The notes beneath the pieces are model-generated. The model saw nothing but the letters and a program-made list of their open reading frames with translations, was not told the DNA's origin and did not search any database. The position numbers were made by a program, and so were the translations under genes. From NCBI RefSeq assembly GCF_036321535.1, contig NC_087458.1, forward strand, positions 7,254,001-7,318,000: DNA of 64,000 bases, written 5' to 3'. Source of the stretch: Camelus dromedarius. Its lineage: Eukaryota. Positions 51,255 to 61,790 of this stretch are shown here, piece after piece; positions within the stretch are counted from its first letter, which is position 1; every line of letters starts with the position of its first letter.

Positions 51255-52899
51255 TTTGCAAGTCCCACTTCTGTTCCATTCTGAAAGGATAAAAGCAAGT
51301 TCTTATCACATTCACATTAATTAATGATAATAATATTTCCTCAAATATCTTTTCATTTATTCATGTTCAAACATGAACACAGCATTTTACACCAAATGCA
51401 CAATCTCCCCACCAGGTGGGAGCTGAGAGAGTGGTTAGAGTGCCTGAGTTCAAACCCTAACTCTATTACTGATTAGTATGTTATCTTGGCTGAGTGACTG
51501 ACAACCTCTCTAAAGTTCTGTTTCCTCAACTGTAAAAAATAATAATTGTTCTTACTTCGTGGAGTTGTTACCTGAATTAAATAGTAAGTGATTAGTGTTA
51601 GTTACTTTTATTACCATCAGGAAGGCAGAATAACATGATGCTGAGAGCAAACTGTGGAGTCAAACTATCTGGATTTGTTTCCCAAGTCAGCTTCTCTGCA
51701 GCTTTGTGACCTTGCAAAAGTTACTTAACCTGAAACTCAGTTTCTTCTGCTATAAAATGAAATAAAAATAGCACCTACATCATTAGATAGTAATTTATTA
51801 CATCAGTAAATGTTTACTATTGTTGCTTTTATAAACAGGTATTTCCATTAACAGAAACAAGCCAAAAGCAGGGTTTGGTTGTTTAAAAAGGTTAGGCTAT
51901 CTTAACAGAAATTTTTCGTTGAAAACAAGAAAGAGATTCTTAGTGTTCTCAATACTATGTTACTTCTGGACTCTTGGCTTCATATCCAGTCATCACTACT
52001 TTAAGGGCAACAATAACCTAAACTGGAGAGTATTTTATGTTTGTATAGCACCTGTTTGCAAACCTCTTTTATAGTACTTATCACTTTTTTGATGGCTTCT
52101 TGTCTCGTTTCCATTTCCATCCCCCTACACTGTGTGCTTTCTGAGGGAAAGGACCCTTTCAACTAGTACCTCTTGTACTCTTCAGCAGTATCTGCTCTAT
52201 TGTAGATACTCAATAAATACTCCTCAAATAAATGAATGAATTAAAGAGGGCATGAACTTCCCATTCTGTGCTTCATTCTATGCAGCTTGGACCAAGAGCA
52301 TTATATAGAAACCGACTGCATCTTTCTGCCCCCCTCCTCAAAGTTTACTCTCCATAAAATAGGTCCAAGAATAGAATAAGCTGCCTTGTGATACAGTGAG
52401 TTCATCACTGACAATGTTCAAGCAAAGCCTGAACGTCCATCTATCAGGGCACTAGATGAAAGCTTGGACTAGACGACGGCAAAATAGAGTTCTTTCTAAG
52501 AGTCTGAACCTTATAGTTAGTTTTAAACCTCCCTCATATTCAGTTTCTCCAGGACGCTAGGAGAAATCCCCCTGCCCCTGCCAAATCAACTGATATCCTT
52601 ATACTGGTAATTAAAGCTCAATAAGGACGTGAAATTCCGCTGATCCCTGTGAGGGAGGGTGATAAGAGAGAAAAAAGTAGAGTGGGAGTAGTTTAGGAGA
52701 GTCCTATACTTCACAGACAAATTACTGAGGTCCAAGGAAAAGAAAAGAGGGAAGGGGAGGGAAGGAAAGAAAAGGAAAAGAAAAGAAGCTACTATTCAAA
52801 GTCAGCAGCGTGCAGGGATCAGCCCTGAGCACTTCAAACACAACAGTGGCTCTAAAGAGGGCCCCCTTTGGGAACTGGAGTCAGACCAACAGAGTGAAT

Positions 52900-53330
52900 G
52901 AATGCAAATACGGAGGCAGCCCCAGCGAGGACCCCTCCTGGGAAAAGCTTTCACAAAGGGGTCCTAACTGCGCCTTTCACCCCGGCGCCGAGCGCTGGCC
53001 CAAATCCCCGCTCTCAGCTATTCACCTTCACTCCCCTACCTCTGTCATGCACCCCGCGCCAGCCCTCAGACCCGACCGCCTCAGCCCGGACATCCTTCGC
53101 CCGGACGTCCAGCGCCCTCCTGCTTCTTCCCGCCCCACCGTACTCGACCCAGTACCCTCACCAGCCGGCCCGATCCCGCGGAAACTCGGCTTCTGTACCA
53201 CCGGAAGTCAGCCAACGGCAGCGAGTGACGTGCGCGCCCCCGCGTCGCTGTGCGCGGCGTCAGGGCGTCAGGGAGCATGCGCCAACCACAGGCGCCATCA
53301 CATTTTAGGGCGGAATGAAGCCGAAGGGTT
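52900..53330 (-). promoter_or_regulatory. GON4L CpG-island promoter
   Basis: Dense CpG; ETS site CCGGAAGT at 53201-53208; TGACGT CRE-like at 53226-53231; NRF1-like TGCGCGC and GCATGCGC at ~53231-53283; GGGCGG at ~53308. Confidence 0.75.
53162..53215 (-). other. GON4L: Putative non-coding exon 1 of GON4L (5' end approximate)
   Basis: Donor CTG|GTGAGG at 53161 inside a CpG island, just downstream of ETS/CRE/NRF1-like motifs. Confidence 0.55.
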
Positions 53331-54324
53331 GGTATGTCAGTTATTGGCAAAAAAATTTAAAGGAAATACCTCGCTTTCTCTGTCCGTGGAGCTATCCTAT
53401 TCAAATCAAAACTGGGGTTGAGGTTCGGTGGTTTAATTTGACAACTTATCCTCGCCGCAAGACACCTAGAATACAGGACCGAAGAAATGGAGAATTCGTA
53501 AAATTTCAAAAAGAGGAATCCTTGCTTTACAAATAGTGCAGTTTCCTGAATGAAGGTAAGGCAGTCTTGGACTCAATCCATAGTAATTATTCATATCTGT
53601 ATAATACTCTGCATTTTACAAAATGCTTTCACTTTATCAGAAGTGATTTAATGTTCACAATAAACCCTATGGGGCAATAGGTATTATTACACCTTCCAAT
53701 TTACACAGGACAAATTTTTGGCTCATCTGGGTAGGTGATTTCACAAAGATACATAGCTATCAAAAGGAGTCAGGTTATCCTAACTAGCTTCTAACGTATT
53801 AATCCAGTGCCCAGGAAGGTGCCTGGGGCATAGTCGATGTTCAGTAAATTCAATTTATGTGTTCTGAATAAATGAATGACTCTAAGAACCATGTTCTTTC
53901 CAGTTTTCTAGAAGGACAGAATGTCAAAGCTGGAAAAATACATTCAACTCTCCCACTTTACAGGTGAACCACCAACAAATATTTATGCATTTAAATAATC
54001 TATTTGACCTGATTCTGTCTGTAAACAGAACCCGACAGGATGAAAGTACCCACAGCCAAAATAGAGGGTGAAATTGAAGTGCTCGAGGAGATAATCGCCA
54101 GCAGTCTGGCTCTAACCTGAATCACCCTAACTCTTCCAGATGCCAAGGAAGTCTCTAGAAGCTTGGAGTTTCATCTGTGTCCTGCTTTTGAATCTACAGA
54201 ATACACAGATCTGTTGATTTGCTCTTTCTCTTTCACACCCCTAAGCACAAGCACCTTTAAGCACTTGAAGCTTTTGAAAAGAGAAATATCCAACACTTAC
54301 TAACTTTGACATTCTTCATTAGTC

Positions 54325-54445
54325 TCTGGGGTTTTTTTGTTTGGGGGGGTGGTATTTATTTATTTTCCTAGTGGAGGTACTGGGGATTGAACGCAGGACC
54401 TTCTGCCTGCTAGGCACGCACTCTACCACTAAGCTATACCCTCTC
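54325..54445 (-). mobile_element. Vic-1-like SINE between the GON4L and SYT11 promoters
   Basis: Reverse complement shows TATAGCTTAGTGGTAGAG...GTTCAATCCCCAGTACCTCC. Confidence 0.8.
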
Positions 54446-54839
54446 TCTAGTCTTTGTTTTTAAAGTTTTAATTTACACACTACAAAACCCATCCGTTGTT
54501 TTACTTATACAATTAAATTATTTTCAATAAATCTTCAGAGATGTGCAACCATCACCAGGTTTTTGTCTTTAATCAGAGCTTCTGAAGTTTAAGAATTTCC
54601 ATAATAATCTTTAGTGGTCTCAGAAATGCCTAACAATAATGGCAATTGATACTGAAATGTAGGCAATATAGAATGTTGTTTTTTCCAAAATCCTGGGCCC
54701 CCTCTGGCCCAGAACATTCTGCTGCTATATTAAGCCCAGGAACCCGGAATCACAAGATCTATAGGCTCTTATATGCTAAAGTACCTACACTTCTTAGGCC
54801 TCCGGGTTTTCGCCTTATAGACTCGCAGCCCATCAGTGG

Positions 54840-55000
54840 GCGGGATCTGATTCTCAGGAAATCTTGGCGATGGGAGGGGTACCCTCCCAGAGATCTTCCG
54901 GAAAGGGGCGGGGCTTGCCTTCCGGAACTTTTCGGACAGAGGCGGAGTCTTCTGCCGAGGGCCGTTCGGAAGAAGGCGGGGCCTACCTCGCATCAGGACC
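54840..55000 (+). promoter_or_regulatory. SYT11 core promoter (CpG-rich, TATA-less)
   Basis: GC boxes (GGGGCGGGG, GGCGGGG); two TTCCGGAA ETS-type palindromes at 54896 and 54920; immediately upstream of the ATG-free 5'UTR. Confidence 0.7.
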
Positions 55001-55224
55001 AGTCTGGCTGCACCTGCATCCTTAGCTCAGAGCATCCCTGGAGCATCTTAAGAGGCGACCGCAGCTGGCAACCGGGGATCAGACCGTCGCAGGAGGTGTC
55101 CGCCGGACACCTTCCCCCTCCCCTGACCTAGCGCTCTGCAGCGGCGGCCTCGGTACTGACCGGAGGTTCCCAGAGTTGTCTGACCATTGCAAAAGCATTT
55201 ATCGCAATAGCCTCTGATTACGAC

Positions 55225-55258
55225 ATGGCTGAGATCACCAATATCCGACCCAGCTTTG
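55225..55258 (+). CDS. SYT11: Synaptotagmin-11 exon 1, coding part (MAEITNIRPSF)
   Basis: GACATGG Kozak context; peptide matches recalled SYT11 N-terminus; G|GTAAGT donor; 34 nt, phase 1. Confidence 0.93.
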
Positions 55259-57633
55259 GTAAGTAGAATCTGGCAAACTAAGTCTGGTGTAGGCGAAACC
55301 GTTGCAAAGCCAACAGCTGGGCAGAGTGAAGCCCAGATCAGGGCCTTCAAGTGTCGCCCCCTCTAGAAGCGGGCCTGTGGTCGTGGGTAGCGGGCGGAAG
55401 ATAGCAACTGAACTTGAGCTATGGGCTGCAGGGGCTGGTAAGGCCAGAACCACACAGAGGGTGGGAAGGACCAGGATGCTAAAACCTTGTATAGTGCACA
55501 GTCAGCACTGCTGGAGGTGAGAAATAGCGAGCTTGCAGAGGACCTGAATCCCTCCTTCTGGGGGAGGAGAGGTGAGGTAGGCCGAGCCCCCCCCCTTGGG
55601 ACACGCAGGGCGGTGCCCCTTCCTCCCCCTCCCACTCCTCAGGGCTGCGGGGGAGGGAGGTGGCAAGGGGGATGGGGCATCAAGATGGCAGCTTGGAGAC
55701 TGTGGGATGTGTGGCTGACAGCCAGGGGGAGGCGGCGGCCTCTGGGGAAAGAGAGGTGCGGGGGTGAGGAGCAAAAAGGAAGCCACTCCTTAAGCCGGTC
55801 AGCTGGATGCTGAGGCTAGGAGGCCCTGCAGTTTCTATTCTGCATCGTAATGGTGGGGTCCGTCCGATGCTACCAAATGGCGCTTGGCGCTGCTGGGCTG
55901 GAGGATGACGTGATGTCTATTTCTGGGCCTCCTGGCAGTGCCTAGGCTCTTCTTCCCGGGTCTTTGTTCCCCGTTTCCCTGGTATGGCTTTTCAAAAAGG
56001 GGGACTCACCCGCGCTGGTGCTGGCGGGGGCCCGATCCAGGCCAGGCCTGAGGGGGAGGGGCGAAAAAGGCCGAGCCCGGGGGAGGCCGCTTTGTGTACG
56101 GGAGAAAGCATTACGTCATCTCGGAGCGGCTGGTCCCTGACCCAGCCCTACGGGCTCCAAGATCAGTTACACTCCCTGGAGCAGAGGGTGGGGTGGAAAA
56201 TAGGGAAGCAGATGGGAAAGAAAAGCTGGAGAAGCAAGTTTTTCCTCTTGAGAGATTCCTCCAAAATGTGCTTGGGTAGCAAACTTCCTGTGTTATGCTT
56301 TCCTGGCCCGAAAATAAAAAAGAATTGCCCTGCTTCTCCCTTAGTTCTACCCCAGTTTGAATGAGAGAAACCAATGAGAGTTGCTGTCGGCCTAAGGTTC
56401 CTTCATATTCCTTAAGAGATTCTATCTCGCAAACAATCCAAAAGGTTTGAGCATCCAGACTCCAGTGTTTAGGGTGGGGCCACAATCCAACTAGGAAATG
56501 GCTTTTCTCACTCCCAAGTAAGAGGTTTATGGAAATGAACAGAACCCAGTGTGCTCTATCCCTTCAATGCCAGGAAGAAGACATCAGATCAAACAGATCA
56601 CACCCATTAACTGCTTTTCCCACTGATTCCCCAAGGCTGAATCATGATTATATTTCTTTCTTCCATCTCACCTACTGCATCTTTTTTTAATGTATTTTTA
56701 TTGAAGTATAGTCAGTTTACAATGTTTCACCTACTGCATCTTTGAGTCCTAAATTTCCAAAAGAGATGCCCCTTTTGTGATCACATGAGCACCTCATGAT
56801 TTTCTTCCTGGTCTTTCTTTTTTTTTCTTATGCCTTCTTACCAACATTTTCTTTCCTGTCATTGCAGTTCCAGATTCCTTGGAAGGTTAGATGGTGCAGA
56901 GCATAATATGTGATTTCATTTAGAGGGACTATTAGTGGAAAAAAGAAAAGAAATTATAAAGGCCTTTTACATACTACATTTTATTTAATCCTTACAAATA
57001 CCCTTCAGTGTATTCATTATTATATATATTTGCCAAATGAGGAGACTGAGCTGAAGGGAGATAAAAATAACTTGGCTGAAGTCAAACAAACTAGTTAGGG
57101 TAGTGTTAGGCTAGAATCTAAACCAATTTCCAGTTGATGCCAAAGTTCATTTTCATGTCACTGTATCACACTGGCCTATTTGACAGGAAAAGGCTGTTTT
57201 AGCAAAGGAAGTGTCAATAAGCAGGACTGGTCAGGGGCTGAAAGAGTTGGACAAAGCCCAGATGTGTCTTGCAGAACTTTAAACCCACACAGAGTCTCCT
57301 ATGCAGAGAACCACCACTTCTGACTTTTTCCCGTCTCATAGAGTACTTCATTTCAAACTCCATAGCCCTTGAGAGATATACCAAGCCAACACTCAATTAT
57401 CCGTGACGTTGGAGGACAAAAGGAGCAAGCAGCATGGGTCACTGCAATTTACAACTACTCGAAAACATTCATTTAGCCATTAATTCCAGCTTCCTTTTCC
57501 CACCACACTTTTGACTAAAGCAAGACATAGGGTCCTGAGTTTCACTATCTCTGATTTTTCTAGTTCACTGCCTTGGGTGTGGAGGAGAGAAGTGGGAATT
57601 AAGAAACACTAAAATGAAGAAGAAAGTGGAGCA

Positions 57634-57760
57634 GGGGGGAAGGGTATAGCTCAGTGGTTAGAGGATATGCTTAGCATGCACAATGTTCTAGGTTCAATCC
57701 CCAGTACCTCCATCAAAATAACTAAATAAATAAAGCTAATTACTTACCCCCCCCCAAAAA
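57634..57760 (+). mobile_element. Vic-1-like SINE in SYT11 intron 1
   Basis: A and B boxes; family tail. Confidence 0.8.
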
Positions 57761-60700
57761 AAGCAAAAGTGGGAAACAGGGTGGAGGAGAGTGCCTAGAT
57801 AATTCGCAAGTGGATTCATCTGTTTCTTCATCTCTCCTGAAACATAAGAATCCTTCATATTCTCTTTTACCCATTCCACCCCTGTTTTCTAGCAGTTAAA
57901 GTTGAGGCAGTGGGATCTCTCAAGATCACAGAATAAATCTATGGTAGAGCCGAAAGGATCTCTCAGATGTCTCCCAACCTGGGCCTTTCAAACTCCCTTT
58001 CAAATCGTTCTCAACAATAGAATTGTCTTGGTAGTTCCCTGTTTTTCTCTTCTCACAGAGAGAATCTCTGTTCAGTTTTACTAAGCAGTAGCGGTTTTCG
58101 GGAGAGTCCCTGACTGGCAAACGGAGAGCCACTTTTTCAAATTGTACCTATTCTGACTGACAGTTGAATCCAATCAATTGTTCAAACAAATATTTACTGA
58201 GCTCCAATTAGACGCAAGAGACTAAGGGATTCAAAGACGAACAGGATGCTATTTCTGCCCACTCTCAAGGAGCTTACTGCCAAGTCTGCTCCCATTTTGT
58301 GAAACCTCTCCCTAACAGCTCTTATTTCACTTGCTACTCTGAGAATAAATGCTCTTATTCAGTATGGCCATGGACATGGTCACTTTGGTTTATTTTGTTA
58401 ATGGCTTTACTCCTAATCTATATTATTTCAAAATGTAACCACTTATTTTCTTACATAGTCCCATCTTTCAGAGAACCATGGAATGTTTGAGGCAGAAAGA
58501 ATTTCAGAGACATTTAGTCCAATTCCCATGGGTGAAATCCCTTTTAGAATATGCCTGACCCATGGCAATCCAACCTGTGTTTGAAAGTTTTCAAATTTAA
58601 AGTATAAAAATTAATTAATTTTGAAAAAGAAAGTCTTCAATTGAGATTCACTGCCTCATGAAGCAGCCTGGGCCACTGTGAGGCAGTTCTTACAATAATT
58701 TGATTCTAACTCTGAGTCAAAACCTGTCTTGTAGCCTGTACGCACTGGTGTTAGACCTGTCCTCCAAAGTAAAATCAAATCAGACCTCCTTCCAGAAAAA
58801 TGCCTTTAATTATTGAAGAAGGTTATTATTCCTAGAACCCTTAGCTCCTCATTTGATCTGGTTTTCAGGTCCTCCACTATTCTGCTTATCCCTAATGTAG
58901 AGACAATCTGGTGTCAGGTAGACCAGAGTTTAAGTCTCATCACTGCCATTTGCTACTCTCTGGCCTAGGGCAGATTTGAGTCCCCAGGTTCCTCAGTTGT
59001 AAAGCAGGGATATTAATGATACCTATTCAATGAGATCTTTGATTCAGATGGAGAAAGCTCTAGCACAATGCCTGGCAGGGATGTCATAAATGTACGCAAA
59101 AAATAGCAGTAAATATTCTTGTACACAATAGAACACTCCATGTGTGTTGTGATCAGTGCAGATAAAATGACACTCCCCCTCCTATGATATGGATGTTGTA
59201 CTCATGGTATAAGTTGGTATTAGCCTAATTATACTCCAAGCTTGGTGTCACCTCAACTACTAAGTTATTTTCACTCAGATTCATCATGTAAGGTCTCCCA
59301 TTGCCTATTAATAGATTTTAAAGGCCAGATAGAATTTTACATTTATCCCTGTTATATGTAATCATATTGATCTCAATCTCTTTTTCCAATCTGTGGATAC
59401 TGTTTTGAGTTACTAATTCATTTGTTCACTGAACACTTACTATGTGCCACGTGGTTCCAAGATCTAGGAATATAGCAGTGAACAGTCAGTATTTTTACTA
59501 AGCTTATCTAGTGAGGAAGGACAGACAAATATATGTTGGGGGTAATAAGTGCTGTGAAGAAAGATAAATCAGGGTGATGGGGATATTATCTCACTTGAGG
59601 CAGTCAGGAAATGCTTCTCTGATAAGATGAGTTATGAACAGAGGCCTGCATTTTGTGAGGAAGTGAGCTGGCAGATACCTGGTGGAAGGATGTTCCAGGA
59701 AGAATCTGGAATATGCTTGAATCACATTTATTTCCTTAGTTCTTCCTGCCGTACCCAAGCCTTCCCTAAAAAGTAATGTGGATAACTATAGGCCGTATGT
59801 AGATCTTTAAGGCCTAAACTCAATTTGGCTTCAGTGAATTTAAGGGGGAGAAAAATCCCCAGACCTAATTATTTAAGTCAGGAGCCCAATTTGTGTAGGG
59901 GAAGATAAGACTAGAGGAAGGGAAGGGAAAAAATGTGTTTCTCTTTAGTTACTTGTTTACTCAACAAATATATGTTAAGTACCTGCTAGGTGTTTTTAGT
60001 GCTGAGGATACAGAAATGAACAAAAGAGACAAAACCTATGTCATTATGAAACTTACATCCTAGTGGAGACAGACAATAAATAGTAAAATTATATGTGTAT
60101 TTATATATATTCTTGTGGGGGGGTTGGGGACAGAGAGAATATGACAAGCCATATGGAGAAAATGAAGAGAGCCAGGAAGTGTGGGTCTCAGGGGTGGAAA
60201 CGGTTACGTTTTTAAATAGGGTGGTCAGGGAGGATCTTACTAAGAAGGTGACAGTTGAGCAAAGATCTGACATTTTCCATAGTCCCTGTTTCTTCCTATG
60301 TAAAATACTTGTATTTTAAATACCTGGGAGCTGAAATGTGGAACATATTTTAAAAGTACCTAGACCCAGAGTTCTTCTACTTCTTACCACCCACTCGTTT
60401 TTACCATACTTGGGCACACTTCCAAAACCATCAAAAGTCAACCCCACATCCTTCCACCCCACCTGTCAGTCAGTGAGTCAACACAGGCCCACTGTTGCAA
60501 ACCCTGCGCTGAATGCTGTGGAATATCCTCCTGAAACCAGACACAGCTCATGCCCTTGTGTAACAGTTGAGGTGAATGGGTTCCCATGTAAAAAGGTGAC
60601 CTACAGCATTTACCAGGCAGCTTTATGTGAAAGACAAATCAGTATGAGCAAACCAAGTCCATAAGCATTGAAGGAAGGCCAAGAAAAAACAGGCAGTCAG

Positions 60701-60963
60701 GTGGAGCGCTTCAGGGAAGGCTTTCTAGAGAAGACAATATTTCATCCAAGTTTGGTTGAAAGGAAGAGCCATGCATTGATTGGAAAGGATAGGTGAGGGC
60801 ATCTCTAAGACGGGGGAGTAGTTCATAAGCCCAGATGAGCAAGTTTTGCTTTGGAGGCCAGGCTGCAGATTAGCATGGCTCCAGCACAGCCACTAAGCAG
60901 GGATGCTCTGGACAGGGCATTGAGGTCCACCAGCCTTGACATGTCTCTGGTCTCCACCTTCAG

Positions 60964-61790
60964 ATGTGTCACCAGTGGTGGCCGGCCTCATTGGGGCCTC
61001 TGTGCTGGTGGTGTGTGTCTCAGTGACCGTCTTTGTCTGGACATGCTGCCACCAGCAGGCAGAAAAGAAGCACAAGACTCCACCATACAAGTTTATTCAC
61101 ATGCTCAAAGGCATCAGCATATACCCAGAGACCCTCAGCAACAAGAAGAAAATCATCAAAGTGCGGAGAGACAAAGATGGCTCTGGGAGGGAAGGTGGAC
61201 GTGGGAACCTGTTGGTGGACGCAGCAGAGGCTGGCCTGCTGGGCCAAGACAAGGGTTCTAGAGGACCTAACTCTGGATCTTGTATAGATCAGTTACCCAT
61301 CAAAGTGGACTATGGGGAAGAACTGAGGAGCCCCATTGCGAGCCTGACCCCCGGGGAGAGCAAAACTACTTCTCCATCATCTCCAGAGGAGGATGTCATG
61401 CTAGGATCCCTCACCTTCTCAGTGGACTATAACTTCCCGAAAAAAGCCCTGGTGGTGACAATCCAGGAGGCTCATGGGCTGCCGGTGATGGATGACCAGN
61501 NNNNNNNNNNNNNNNNNNNNNNNNNNNNNNNNNNNNNNNNNNNNNNNNNNNNNNNNNNNNNNNNNNNNNNNNNNNNNNNNNNNNNNNNNNNNNNNNNNNN
61601 NNNNNNNNNNNNNNNNNNNNNNNNNNNNNNNNNNNNNNNGCAGGACCTGGTACTGCACTTCCTCGTCCTCAGCTTTGACCGCTTCTCCCGGGATGACGTC
61701 ATTGGGGAGGTCATGGTGCCGTTGGCTGGGGTAGACCCCAGCACAGGCAAGGTACAGCTGACCAGGGACATCATCAAAAGGAACATCCAG
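60964..61790 (+). CDS. SYT11: Synaptotagmin-11 exon 2: transmembrane segment, Cys39/Cys40, linker and C2A domain (61500-61639 masked)
   Basis: CAG acceptor; CAG|GTGAGG donor; 827 nt, phase 1 to 0; DVSPVVAGLIGASVLVVCVSVTVFVWTCCHQQ...LGSLTFSVDYNFPKKALVVTIQEAHGLP...DRFSRDDVIGEV; frame kept across the N-run. Confidence 0.96.

Noticed and set aside
52738-52790. Polypurine tract as an H-DNA element in GON4L intron 1
   Set aside because: Short, with no clear mirror symmetry; such tracts are common in mammalian introns.
55501-55517. REST/NRSE site near SYT11 (GTCAGCACTGCTGGAGG; also TTCAGCACC at ~23672)
   Set aside because: Only the left half of TTCAGCACCnnGGACAG matches.
52810-56485. ORFs of 70-200 aa over the CpG-rich regions (e.g. 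52810..53421, 54646..55131)
   Set aside because: GC-rich DNA is stop-poor; these peptides resemble no family I recognise, and many use non-ATG starts.
37940-57760. tRNA genes at the TAGCTCAGTGG...GGTTCAATCC motifs
   Set aside because: No complete cloverleaf or acceptor stem; A-rich tails and TSDs mark them as SINEs.
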